Of a stretch of 64,000 nt of DNA, positions 49,611-62,475 are shown piece after piece (the stretch's first letter is position 1; each line of letters starts with the position of its first letter). The stretch is from Macrostomum lignano (taxonomy: Eukaryota). The notes under the pieces are model-generated. The model was not told the origin of the DNA and did not search any database. It saw only the letters and a program-made list of their open reading frames with translations. Both the position numbers and the translations under genes were made by a program. Where the stretch lies: assembly GCA_002269645.1 (NCBI GenBank), contig NIVC01003437.1:14709-78708 (forward strand), read 5' to 3'.

Positions 49611-49739
49611 AATAAGTAGCTAGTGCGACAATTTCCTTAGCATTATAGCGGCTCCTTTAAAATTCGCTTACTTTTACGTTTGAAATTGTGTATCTTTTTA
49701 TGTTTAACAGGGTGGCTCTTTTATGTTCTACGCTCGTAC

Positions 49740-52020
49740 ATGGTAACTCTTTTATGTTTGATACGGTGGTTTTTCAATGTCTGACATAGTGGCTCTTCTA
49801 TGTTTGACATGGGGGCTCTTCTATGTTTGACATGGGGGCTCTTCTATGTTTGACATGGGGGCTCTTCTATGTTTGACATGGGGGCTCTTCTATGTTTGAC
49901 AAAGTGGCTTTTTAATGTTCAAAAAGGTGGCTCTTTTATGTTTGACATGGTGGCTCTTTAATGTTTGACATGGTGGCTCTTTAATGTTTGACATGGTGGC
50001 TCTTTAATGTTAGACAAAGTAGCTCTTTAATGTTTGACATGGTGGCTCTTTAATGTTAGACAAAGTAGCTCTTTAATGTTTGACATGATGGCTCTTTAAT
50101 GATAGACATGGTGGCTCTTTAATTTTTGACATGGTGGCTCTTTAATGTTGGACATGGTGGCTCTTTAATGTTAGACATGGTGGCTCTTTAATGTTCGACA
50201 TAAAGTCACTTATATGTTTGACATGATGGCTCTTTTATGTTTAACATGGTGGCTCTTTAATGTTTGACATGGTAGCTCTTTTATGTTCGACATGGTGGCT
50301 CTTTAATGTTCGACATGGTGGCTCTTTTATGTTCGACATGGTGTCGCTTCAATGTTTGACATGGAGTTACGTATATGTTTTACATGGTGGCTCTTTTATG
50401 TTCGACGTGGTGGCTCTTTAATGTTTGACATGGGGTCTCTTCAATGTTTGACATGGAGTTACGTATATGTTTGACATGGTGGCTCTTTAATGTTTTACAT
50501 GGTGGCACTTTCATGTTTGACCTGGTGGCTCTTAAATGTTTGACATGGTGGCTCTGTAATGTTTGACATGGTGTCTCTTTAACGTTTGACATAGAGTCAT
50601 GTATATGTTTGACATGGTGGCTCTTAAATGTTTGACATGGTGGCTCTTTAATATTTGACATGGTGGCCCTTTTATGTTCGACATGGTGGCTCTTTAATGT
50701 TTGACATGGAGTCATATATATGTTTGACCTGGTGGCTCTTGTATTTTTAACACGTTGGCTCTTTAATGTTCGACATGGTGGCTCTTAAATGTCTAACATG
50801 GAGTCACGTATATGTTTGACATGGAGTCATGTATATGTCTGGTATGGTAGCTCTTTAATGTTTTACATGGAGTCACCTATATGTTTCACATGGTGGCTAT
50901 TTTATGTTTGACATGGTGCTTCTTAAATGTTCGACATGGTGGCTCTTTAATGTTTTACATGGTGGCACTTTCATGTTTGACCTGGTGGCTCTTTAATGTT
51001 TGACATGGTGGCTCTTTAATATTTGATATGGTGGCCCTTTTATGTTCGACATGGTGGCTCTTTAATGTTTGACATGGAGTCATGTATATGTTTGACCTGG
51101 TGGCTCTTTAATGTTTGACATGGTGGCTCTTTAATGTTTTACATGGTGGCACTTTCATGTTTGACCTGGTGGCTCTTTAATGTTTGACATGGTGGCTCTT
51201 TAATATTTGACATGGTGGCCCTTTTATGTTCGACATGGTGGCTCTATAATGTTTGACATGGAGTCATGTATATGTTTGACCTGGTGGCACTTTCATGTTT
51301 GACCTGGTGGCTCTTTAATGTTTGACATGGTGGCTTTTTAATATTTGACATGGTGGCACTTTCATGTTTGACCTGGTGGGTCTTTAATGTTTGACATGGT
51401 ACCTCTTTTATGTTCGACATGGTGGCTCTTTAATGTTTTACATGGTGGCTCTTTAATGTTTGACATGGTGGCTCTTTAATGTTTGATAAGGTGGCTCTTT
51501 AATGTTTGACATTGTGGCTCTTTAATATTTGACAAGGTGGCTCTTTAATGTTTAAAATGGTGGCTCTTTAATTTTCGAAATGGTGGCTGTTTTATGTTTG
51601 ACATGGTGGCTCTTTAATGTTCGACATGGTGGCTCTTTAATGTTCTTAATGGTGTCTGTTTTATGTTTGACCTGGCGGCTCTTTAATGTTTGACATGGTA
51701 ACTCTTTTAGGTTTGAAATGGTGTCTCTTTAATGTTTGCCATTGTGGCTCTTTAATGTTTGACATGGTGGCTTTTTAATGTTCGACATGGTGGCTCTTTT
51801 AGGTTTGAAATGGTGGCTCTTTAATGTTTGACATTGTGGCTCTTTAATGTTCGACATGGTGGCTCTTTAATGTTTGACATGGTAACTCTTGTATGTTTGA
51901 TATGGTGGCTCTTTTACGTTCGACATGGTGGCTCTTTAATGTTTGACATTGTGGCTCTTTAATGTTTGAAATGGTGGCTCTTTAATGTTTCGACATGGTG
52001 GCTCTTTAATGTTGAGAATT
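49740..52020. repeat. 23-bp minisatellite, about 100 units, inside the Helitron
   Basis: Unit gacatggtggctctttaatgttt with recurring variant monomers (gacatggagtcatgtatatgttt, gacctggtggcactttcatgttt). Confidence 0.95.
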
Positions 52021-54719
52021 TTGTGTTTTTTAACGTGTTTTAATAAAAAAAACATTTTTCACCACTAAGATTCGAACCAAGGTCGCTACATTAGCATTCC
52101 AGTCTGTTTGCATCCGGCTATCTCTTTTCAATTGAAGAACATGACTTGTGGCCCTTATAATTCAATACTTATAGCAAGTCGGTTAGAGTAAAAGTTATGA
52201 CATAATCAATTTCTCAGTCAGCCAGTATCAGTCTCAATTCAAGTTAGCAATATGGTTACGCAATTTCAATGAAGTCTTGTGTGCGTTTCTGTGGCACTGT
52301 TTTCACCTTGTTGTGATGCAATCTTTATCACAATCGTAATTCAGCCAGTCAGTTTTTTCTCTAGCATTCTTACAATGCATTTCAAGTCAAAAATTTGGCT
52401 TGACCTTTGCAAAAAAGCATGTTTTTCGAATATTTAATCCCTTTAACATTGAGCAATTTCTTAGCCAAGATACATGTACCGTCCCAGGAACATTTCTGAT
52501 CGAATGGTGCAAGTTTGAAGAAAATCGGTTGAGCCATTTTTTCTGAAATCTATCGCATAGCTAGTTAGTTACAGACATTTCATTTTTAGTATATAGGATT
52601 TTAACATCCCTAAAAAAGCAGAAAACTGCTTTTTTAACCCTCAATAACCTTCTTTGGCAACTCTGACTGGGGCTGCAGCCAGTTTGTAAAAATAGCCACC
52701 CCAACCTCCGCCCGCGGGCCGCTGTGTATTGAGGGGTGGTGGGTGCGCGTGTTCTGGGTTCAATGCAAATAAAACCCCCCGCGTGTTGGGGGGTTGAGTT
52801 AAAGTTAATGCTTCCCCAGAACGGGGGTTGGGCTTGGGCTGAGTGTACATAGCAGTTGTACAGTGTAAATAGATAGACTGTGTCGAGATTCATTTGGTTT
52901 TATTATTAGCGCCTTTTTTCCATAGGCAGCCCTGTGTATTAGTTTGGCAGTGAAATTCAATGAATTGCGAGCTTCTCTATCTCAAGCAAGCAGTCGGGAA
53001 ATCGGTAAATTTCTAACGCTAACTGTTCCTCGAGTTTTAAACTTTGAGAGGAGACACTTATATTGCTGGAAAGATCTTGCAACGCTGAGTTCAGGGATAA
53101 AAGTTGTTTGCTTTATATATGAAAAGAAAAAGCACCGCATTTAAAAAAACTATTTCCATACTTTCAACTTTCTGCAAAAATTGTACTCAGTTTTGCGAGA
53201 TGTAATAGATAAAGTTAGGGGACGGGTTCAACTTCTCACTGCTGCTGTGTATTGGAGGGTTGATTTAGATTGCGCAATGTTTTTGTTAACCTTAACTGAG
53301 ACTGATACTGACTGACTGACTGTGAAATCGGTTGCGCAATGAATTGATTCAATTAGTTGAATATTTTTATCAGTGCCCTTTAACACGAAGCTGTGCGTAG
53401 TTCTAACCCTAACCCTAACCCTAACCAATGAATCCGGAGAGTTGAGTTGTTTGACGGAAAAAATTCGATTGAGTCTAGTTTAGCGGAGACGATCTTGCTT
53501 CTGCTTCGCGGAGAGGATCTTGATGGATTTGGCATCTTCAATCAGTCATAGAAGAAAGTAAAGAAAAGAATGAAAAGAGAAGAGAGATGAGATGATAGAA
53601 AACAGAGTAGAAATGAGTGGAGAGATTAGACATGACAGATGGGAGAGAAAAGGGGAGTAAGGCGGGAACGAAGGAGAGAAGAGGAGAGAGGAGATGAGAG
53701 GGGAGATATGAGATAGCAGAGAGAGACAAGAGAGATGATAGGAGAGAGAATAGATGAGGGATAAGAGCGTACAGAGGAAATAGAAGAGAGGGGAAGTAGA
53801 GGAGAAAGAAAGAATGAGATGAGGGATGAGAGATGAGAGGGGAGGGGAGAGAGGAGAGAGAAAAGAGGAGAAAAGAGGGGAGAAAGGAGACAGGAGAGAG
53901 TAGAGACGAAAGACCAGGGAGAAGATATAAATAAGGTAGTAGAGATGAGAGGAGAGAGAGGAGATCAAGAAGCGAGAGGAGAAGAGAGAGCCGAGATAGG
54001 AGAGAGATGAAGGATCAGAGATGAGAGAGTTAAGAGAGGAAAGTAGTGAGGAGAGGAGAGATGAGAGATGCGATGAGAAAAGAAATGAGAGGTGCGATGA
54101 GAAAAGAGATGAGTGAGAACAAAAGAGAGAAGAGATTAGAGATTAGAGAAGAGAGGGGAGAAGATGAAAGAAGAAAGGAGAGAAGAGAAGAGACAGAGGA
54201 TAGTGGAAAGGAGAAAAAAGATGGGAGATAAGAAAGTAGAGAGTGAGAGCGTATATAAGATATGAGAAATAAGAGCAGAGAGGAGAGAAAAGAGAAGAGA
54301 GAGAGAGGGTTAAGGAGAGACGATAGATAAGTGAGTAGATATGAGATATGAGAGAGGAGAGGAGAGAAGACAGGAGACAGAAGTGAAGAGGAGAGATATG
54401 AGAGAAGAGAGGAGACAAGAGACAGGAGAGGGTACAGACGAAAGATGAGGGAGAAGAGATAAATAAGGGAGTAGGGGTAGAGATGAGATGAGAGAGAGGA
54501 GAGAGAAGAGAGTCACGATAATAGCGAAGAGAGGAGAGAGGAGATATGAGAGACGTGAGAGTCTTTAAGCCATGGGCTTTGAAAGGTTTTGTAAAGAATT
54601 TGGAGACGATTTGGAAGATAGGGTTCAAGACATGGAATTTCAGTTGATGGATATTTCAGGGAATGGAATTCCGGTGATGGGAGTTCTTCCCCTTTCTCCC
54701 CCGAAGGAGGAGTTCCACT

Positions 54720-57290
54720 CGTATACATATAAAAATCAAAACTCTGTCTGTCTGTCTGTGGACAATTTTGTTCGCTATGGACTCCCAAACCGCTCAACCA
54801 AATTACACCAAACTTTACACCCACCCTAAGCTTACTACGGAGAATGTCTTAGGCTACCTTCAAATTTCCTAGACTCAAGTCTTCTTCCTGCCTAAAAGTA
54901 CAAAAAACTGCTCAAAATGCGCAATTTTTTCACTTAATCCTCCATAGCGCCGTTCCACTTCTACCGATTCTCTTCAAATTTGACACATACAATCTTCAAC
55001 TATTTTGACATAATCATGTAAAATTTCAAATTTTAAAGTTAATCCTGAAAGCCGGTGTGCAATTTTAAAGTTAGGCTGTTTTTTTTCAGCGAGGCAGCCA
55101 CCCCAACCTCCGCCCGCCTGCCTCTCTTTCCCGATCTGGGCCCAGATGTGTAAAAGGGTTTCAAAATTGACTAACTTTCAGCTGCCATAAGTTTGCTCCA
55201 CGTAAAGCGATTGACTTCAAATTTGACACAATTCTTTATTGACTTATTCTCTGTCCAAATATAAAGTCTGAACTCTGTATCTCAATCAGAACAGAAACTG
55301 TAAGCATGTGAAGTTTGTCTGCTTTTTCTGTTGTTTGTTCCACTCACTCACTAATTCCCCCAGAGCCAGACCAAGGGTCAGGCGATAGGGCTGAATGTAC
55401 ATGGCAATGTACAGTGTTTTGGAATAGCTTTGTTTATGGCCTTCTCTGCACCCCCGTGGAGAGGCTACGTTAGCCATGCATAACAGTTTAGTGAGAAATT
55501 CTAACCACTGTCCTCTGTATAGGCAAACTCTGCATCAGTTTAACAGTGGGTGGCAGTTGGCAAATCAAGGCAATCCAGCATGGTTTGTAAAAGCGAAAGA
55601 TTTATGAAAAGGCAATGCAATGCGATTCAACCCTACTAAATTAGTCACAGTCACACCATGGAAATTTTAAGTTTCTCTTAAAAGTACTTTGAAATTTAAA
55701 TGGCCTCCTAAGAAATGCGTATTTCCTTGGTTGTTAGACTGATGCAGACTGCAGTGGAGCTGAAGATACACAAATTCTTTTCAGGGCTTGCAAATTGGCA
55801 AGAAAGATGACATGATCAAAGCATGAGAACAGCCATGAGAGTACTACGTCCCACAAACTGGCTTTCCAAGCAGGAATGGGCAGACTTTTACCTCAAAGTC
55901 CAGAAAAGAATCCAGCTTATGGCTGAGGGGCAGTTGAGAGTGTGGAGAAGAAGGAATAGACGATTCGAAAAGAGAGGAGAGGTGAGAGAGGGAATAAGAG
56001 AAAAGATAAAAGATAATAGGAGAGATGAGGGAGTGAGGACGATGAGAGGAGAGAGTGGAGAGGAGCAAGTAGAGAGGAGAGAGTAGAGGAGCGAGTAGAG
56101 ATGAGAGAGATGAAAGAAAAGATATCGAGAGAGTAGAGATGACAGATGAAGGAAGAGAGAGCAGAGTGCAGAGAGACGAGAGAAGAGAATAGAGGGGAGA
56201 GAGTATAAAAGAGGGAAGAGAAGAGAGGAGTAAGGAAAGAGAGGAGTCAGAAGAGGGGAAAGAGAAGAGTACACAGTAGAGAGGAGAGTAGAGATGACAG
56301 AAGAGAGAGGGGAATGAGAGAGTGAAGATGAGAGTGAACAGACGATATAAGAGAGGAGAGAGGAGAGTGGGAGAGAAGAGAGAAGACAAGAGAGGGAGAG
56401 AGTATAGAAGTGAAGAGACGAGAAGAAAGAAGAAAGGATCAAGTCCTCCTGAGTCAAAAAAGAGGAAAGAGAGGAGTAAAAGAGGAGCGAGGTGAGAGAA
56501 CATATGAGAGTAAAGATGACAGATGAGAGAAGGGAGATGAGAGAGCAGAAACGAGAGTGAACAGACGAGAGATGGGGAGTAGAGAGAAAAAAAGAGAGCT
56601 ATAAGAAATAAGAGATGAGAGGTGGAGACAAGGGAGAGATGAGAAGTGAGTGAGGAGAGAGGAGGGGAGGGGAGAGAATCGAGAGGACAGGGGAAATTGG
56701 TGAAAAGGAAGAGATAGGAGAGGAAAGAGGGGAGAGATTAGAGAGAAGAGAGATGGGACAGAAGAGAGCAGAAAAATGAGAGGAGAGAGAAAGAGGGGGG
56801 AGAAGAGAGAGTGCAGAGAGAAATGACAAAAGATAAGAGAGAGAAGATAAAAGAAGAGAAAGGAGAGAGAAGAGAGGTAATGGAAGAGACGATAGAAGAG
56901 ATGAGAGGAGAGAGTGTACAGAGGAGAGGAGAGAGTTGAGAGAAGAGAGGAAAAATGAGAGAGGAGAGATGAGGGAAGTGTTGAGAAAGGGTAGAGTAAG
57001 GGGTGAGAAGAGGAGAGAGGGAAGAGAGAGTAGAGAGCAGAGAGAAATGAGAAGAGATAAAAGAGGAGATATGAGTGACCAGAGACCAGAGAGAAGAGAG
57101 AAGAGAGGAGAAGAGAAAGAAAAGAATAGAGGGGAGAGGGAAGAGACGAGAGAAGAGACTAGAGAGGAGAGAGGAGAAAAGAAAGAAGGAGAGAGGAGAG
57201 GAGAGAGAGAAGAGACGAGAGAGAAAATAGGAAACAGAAGAGAAGATAGAAGTTTCAAAGGATGCAAAGGACATAGGGAGAGGCAGAGGT
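54720..57290 (+). mobile_element. Diverged Helitron-like unit 3 followed by a third GA tract
   Basis: Head tcgtatacatataaaaatcaaaactctgtctgtctgtc..ctatggactcccaaaccgctcaacc; shares cagccaccccaacctccgcccgc and gcgatagggct..tgtaca..gaggctac with unit 1. Right boundary uncertain. Confidence 0.4.
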
Positions 57291-57353
57291 AGAAGCCAGA
57301 GTTTGCCTGACATTCTGCGCAGCACCCCAGCCAACAATATCAATGTTAGCCTC

Positions 57354-57530
57354 AAATCTTCCTGTGGGCAAACTTCCTGTGGGCAAACTTCCTGTGGGCA
57401 AACTTCCTGTGGGCAAACTTCCTGTGGGCAAACTTCCTGCTGGCAAACTTCCTGCTGGCAAACTTCCTGCTGGCAAACTTCCTGCTGGCAAACTTCCTGC
57501 TGGCAAACTTTCCGCGGGCTAATTTCCTGC
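57354..57530. repeat. 15-bp minisatellite, about 11 units
   Basis: ggcaaacttcctgtg switching to ggcaaacttcctgct halfway through the array. Confidence 0.95.
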
Positions 57531-58283
57531 TGGCTATAGACCTTGGGCAGTATTAATCAAAAGGCGTGCGCCCTCTTCCTCGCTCACAACGCATATATAA
57601 TTATTTGGCCAATACCCCAATCCACAAGGTACCGACCCCAACCACCATAACTTGATCGTCACAACAGCCGGCCAATCAGGGCACGCGCAGGGCAGAGGGT
57701 ACATGATGGCTAGAGGGGGCACTGAGTGATGCACATGACTTGTGGGGGTTGCGTGCTAGCGGCAAGCATTAATGGGGACGGGCTGTGAATAAGAATTGGA
57801 CACGCCCCATGCCAAGCAGACAGAATTAATTGGTGGGGTTGAGCAAAATCAGTGGGGAGGGGTTAGAGTGTTAGAGGGTTAGAGCCAGTGATTTCTTATC
57901 GGTTCAGGTGTAACCGGGCTAATCTCCAACAGAAAAATTTCGTTTTTAAATTTAGCTCTATAAAATGCATTCACTTGCACATTTTGCCACCTTTTCAAGC
58001 GGTATTTCTGCCGCACAATAAACTTGCATGTGTCTGCCCTCAACATTCCAACATAGAATTGAACAATTACATGTACATCAAAATTAACATTTGCAACAGA
58101 CATAAATTGCTGCGTTTGCAAACGAAACCGAAGCTCGAGCTAAAATATTATACCTTTTCGCTGCATTTGAATTTTTTTTTAGTCGGAGAAATTGATCACG
58201 GTCGTTCGTTCATCAAGGCATGTTGATTTAAAAAGTGAAAGGCTGATGTTTTACGGCAAAATACATCCAACACTTTATATTTG

Positions 58284-60211
58284 TGATGGGTTTCGACCTT
58301 CGGGCCCCTTGTGGGGAAGCCTTCGGGCCTCAGGTCTCAGAAATAAATCAATTAGAGACCTAGCCCCCCACTCCTGTCAGATGGTCAGCTCCATGGTAGC
58401 TTGATCGTGTGGCGAGCAGTCTGGGTCCTATAGCTAAGAGAGGGACAGCGAGAGACAAGCAGGGAGAATTTTGAAGGTAGAAATTAGTTAATCCGCAGAT
58501 TAGCTAACTCGCTGCCACCAGCCCGTGCGCCCTGGCTCACCACACCGGGACTCTCGAAATCGGGCTTCCGACTAGAAGGGGCTTTGCACTTACCTGCCAA
58601 CTAGTGTCTTTTTGCTGTCAATCTCGAAGTCATAGCCGATGATAAGGGACACTGCTGGGACTAGATCGCGTTGGCCATGCAGGTACAAAGGGGACTTGTG
58701 CAGGGGATTCTTGCAGTGGCGAGTTTATGGGGTAGCTACATGTACTATTACATTGCTAAATACGAAGATATGTACTTTTGGACTTCAGCGCGCCAACTAG
58801 CCTCTCCTAGCGCTGATGATAGGCTAACTCGAACATCAGAGACCGCATGATTTATTTACCCGAGCCGCTTGGCTACCCTAGAGTGCACAAAGTACATCTC
58901 TGGCGCCGATTCTGCACTTCTGGCAGTTTTGCTCACTGATTTGATAGATTGGTCGACTGAGAACTGCCTTGCCATTGGTCCACTGTGACCGGCGCCTACT
59001 AGCTTAGCTACTCATCTGAGCCATCGGCGAACAAAGAAATAAAACCGATAAAAATAACTGTTAGATTTAACCTTCTCCTCAAATCAATCCGCACTTCGGA
59101 TTGAATTGGAGTTTTTAGACTACTAGCAGTATTATTGAATGACTTCTGCCTCAGCAACAGCACTACTGAACAAAATGAGCAAAAGTGTGCGCCTAATTCA
59201 ACTACTGAAACAGGGGACAGATAAGGGATCACCCAATCAAGCAAATCTAGGTAGCCTCTCACCCAACCAATCAGAAACTCAACAGCCGGAGACCAGGTAA
59301 TCCACAGTGACCGAACCGGCTTGATGCTTCGCAGCTGTAGACTCGGGATGATGCTGATGTCACAATCTTCGCTGATAGCTAGCAGGTGATGATCTTAACT
59401 TTGATGTTCGCTGCTGATTACCGGGGAACTACCTTGATGATGAGGGGGGGAAGTCGCAATCCGGGGATCAAGAAACGACGGTCAGTTCCTGGCCGGTGGA
59501 GCACAGAAATGCAAGTAGAGCGAAGGGCGAGCAAGTTGGAGTCCGAGCGGGCCAAAAACACCGGTTTAAATAGCCGCCAACTGGACCGCAGTTTGTTATA
59601 GTGGAACACGTCGATTCTGATTGGCTAAGCCGTTTTGTTAAAATGAGCGCCGAATTTTCTGATTGGCTGAGCTTGTTGCCACCCAGAATCACGTGACCGG
59701 GAGATCCTATCAGTTCCCACAGGGTCGTAAAAAGATGACAGGTGCGGCCATAAATCAATCGAAATCGCAACAAAATGATTTATGACTTTTCGCGTAGGAT
59801 TGACAGAAAATATATACATTAGAAAGCTCTTATTATATAGAAAGTGAAGATAATGAAGAGAAATCACTAATCGCTAATCCCAAAGTACTTTTAGGGGTAA
59901 AACGCATAGCTGTCAAAGCTGTCACACGCTTGAGTGAACCCGAACAATAGGCCCTGACCTCATAAATCTGATGGCCTGTCAAGAATGATGAGAAAAAAGC
60001 CATCATTCGCATCCCCTCAGACCATCTGGCGCCAGCCTCAACACTGAGTGAAGCGCAGGTGGCTGTCAGACCGACTTTGAAAGCGATGATTTATGACCCA
60101 AAAAGTTACGCCTATGCTATTATGACTATTAGTATGACCAAACCATATATCTAGTATAAATTCTATGTTACTTTGCAGAAAACGGATAAAAATGCCCCTA
60201 GCCTACTGATA
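58284..60211 (-). mobile_element. ~1.93-kb LTR-like dispersed repeat, copy B (inverted homolog of 16676-18628)
   Basis: 58400-58720 is the reverse complement of ~18200-18540 at high identity; CCAAT module at 59615-59670; same termini (TATCAGTAGGCTAG, CCCATCA). Confidence 0.6.
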
Positions 60212-60409
60212 GTAAGCAAGTAAGTTTATAGCCCATGTGCTAGCGCGGGATTTGGAAAAAAAGGGCGTCCTCATCACTTGCTCATTTATGTGCAAAAAAG
60301 ATGTTCACAAGCGAATTTTATCATATATTAACTTTGTTTTGATTGCTGCTAGCTGCATAAGCAGCAAACTGATGGTACTTCGCTTGCTGCTTGATAGCAC
60401 CTTTATGAG

Positions 60410-60640
60410 ATCCCCTCACCTGCGTTTTTTCTCCCCTTGAGATCCCCACCTAAGTATCTTATCCCCGTGTGATCCTCTTACCACTGTATCCGAATTAGCA
60501 TCCGTATCCGTATCCGTGGCCACGGATGCAGCTGAACAAAGTTCCGGATCCATTGGACTCTGCGGATTTACGAGTTGAAGCGCGATAAATGATAAACTGT
60601 TGTTGGTGCTAAAAATGAAAATGGGCCAAATTTCACTTTT
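60410..60640 (+). repeat. Direct repeat (~230 bp) with second copy at ~62470-62690
   Basis: Shared gagatcc..cacctgcgttttttctcccc, gcagctgaac.aag.tccg.atccattgga.tctg.ggattta.gagttg and tgttgttggt.ctaaaaat..aatgggccaaa. Confidence 0.85.
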
Positions 60641-60852
60641 TTCTGTACATAAATTTAAATTGAACAGCGTGCTGCAGAGATCTCCAAAATACAGTACAAA
60701 GTAAACTACTATAAGTAGTAACGTGAAAATGCTAAAAACTCGAAAGCTAAAAATTCCAAGTTGTCACAATCTATTTTTAAGACCACGAAACTAACGAATA
60801 ATAATATTTTGCAACATTTAAATTTAGAATTCCGAATATGGTATTCGATTCT

Positions 60853-61680
60853 TGAAACCTATTGTATTCGCGAAAATTTTATTCAATTTTCAAAGGGTTA
60901 AATTTCCAAAACGCGAACCCGTCACCCACCCAAAATAACCTAATTCTCGCAAAATGTTACTATACAAGCCAAAATCAGCGTTAAATATCTCAGACTCGGA
61001 GCAGCCTCTAAAGATCTTGGACTTTGCAAGAGCAGCCAAAGAGGCTACATCTCTGAGGGAGAAGTAAACCAATTGGTGATCTTTTGTTCGAGCCTTTGCT
61101 ATTTGGATTCATTGAGAGCGATTTTACTGCAGGCCGTTACTGATCAGTTGATTTCATTGAATTTGAGGCCTCCCATTTTCCTATGGGATTGGATAGGATC
61201 TGCGGACCGATTCCGATACCCTTAGAGGTTTATTGATTGATTTTGGATTATCCTAGATTAACTGAAAGAAGCACAAGACTCCGATTCCGTTAGTTCTAGA
61301 AGAAGACGCCCTTTCTGGAGGACCTCGTATTGTTATAGAAGTTGACTTGTTATTAGGGCTAACTTGTTACGCTCTCACCTTCGGCCAATTTTAGAATTCA
61401 AGAAGACTTCCCCGGGAAGAACAGCTCTGCGAAGACAAGCTCTACAGACACGCGCGACAAAGAAGAGGGGCCCGCATCAGTAAGTGATCACTACATTTTG
61501 TTACCAGGCTTAGGGCCTGAAGTGGAAGTTCGAGCGTCAAGACACTAGACAATTCTCTCTCTCTCTCTCTTTCCCTCTCTATCTCTCTAGTGTGCTAAAG
61601 CGAACTTTTCAGTGCCTTTAGTTCTTGTACGTAATTCTATTTAGTAAATATATATTAATCGATATAGTTTTTTACGAACA
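60853..61680 (+). mobile_element. Possible solo LTR (TG...CA with ATTCT on both sides)
   Basis: ATTCT|TGAAACC ... TTACGAACA|ATTCT; CT tract and AGTAAA near the 3' end. No terminal inverted repeat beyond TG/CA, and the TSD was found by searching for it. Confidence 0.3.
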
Positions 61681-62159
61681 ATTCTGCTCAAAGACTTGTC
61701 TGTTGTTTGTTTAAAATCGTAAATTTGTTCCAATATTCTTGAAGTTTGAGTTGACCATCCAACAAACAAAAAATTTCGTAGTAAAATTGACTCCATAAAG
61801 TGCTTCCACTGGCTGATTTTCAGTTTTTGATTATGAAAGAAACTGCAGGGTTTGTAATGTAAAGCGAAGCGCAAACTAACTTAAGTTGTATTTTTTCACT
61901 AAAATTAAATAATTTTTTTATTTACTTAATGTAAACTGATACTTTGGTTCATTGATGCATTGGTTACTAACATGTAAAAACGGCAAAAACACTTGAAAAA
62001 TTCGCCTGAGATTCCCTCAACCTTGATACAAATTCTCCCCTTGAGATCCGATCATTTAGAAATTGCTTCTCTTGAGATCCCCTCACCTAAGGCTTTGCTT
62101 CCCCGGATATTCCAAGCACCTGCGTTTTTGCTCCCCTTGAAATCCCAATATCACTGTCT

Positions 62160-62475
62160 TCATCTGAGATCCCCTCACCTGAGACATTTATCCCCTTGAG
62201 ATCCCTACCGAAGACATTTATCCACTTGAGATCCCTACCGGAGACATTTATCCCCTTGAGATCCCTACCGGAGACATTTATCCCCTTGAGATCCCTACCG
62301 GAGACATTTATCCCCTTGAGATCCCTACCGAAGACATTTATCCCCTTGAAATCCCTACCGAAGACATTTATCCGCTTGAGATCCCTACCGGAGACATTTA
62401 TCCGCTTGAGATCCCTACCGGAGACATTTATCCCCTTGAGATCCCTACCGGAGACATTTATCCCCTTGAGATCCT
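62160..62475. repeat. 30-bp minisatellite, about 10 units
   Basis: Unit ccccttgagatccctaccggagacatttat. Confidence 0.95.

Larger units (their letters stand above)
48945..52598 (-). mobile_element. Non-autonomous Helitron, 3654 bp, with canonical ends
   Basis: Minus strand: A|TCCTATATACTAAAAATG at the 5' end; CCCCCATCGGGGGG hairpin then CTAG|T at the 3' end; no TSD; removing it restores the empty site seen in unit 1 (..ca|ttttaacatccc at ~46570). Confidence 0.9.
48793..54719 (+). mobile_element. Helitron-like tandem unit 2, interrupted by the Helitron at 48945-52598
   Basis: 48793-48944 matches 46330-46570; 52599-53430 matches 46571-47305; the GA tract and the ~150-bp end block (54575-54719) match 47900-48792. 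Confidence 0.55.

Noticed and set aside
48926-49612. GDACYL / DSKHPP / IASIPQ repeat ORFs
   Set aside because: All are frames of an 18-bp minisatellite inside a Helitron.
47913-57355. Leu/Ser-rich membrane-like and Arg/Glu-rich ORFs
   Set aside because: Products of GA/CT low-complexity tracts.
58284-58345. Penelope-type hammerhead ribozyme at the end of the LTR-like repeat
   Set aside because: GAAAC and a GACC/GGTC stem are present but the CUGANGA core is not, and copy A reads GAAC.
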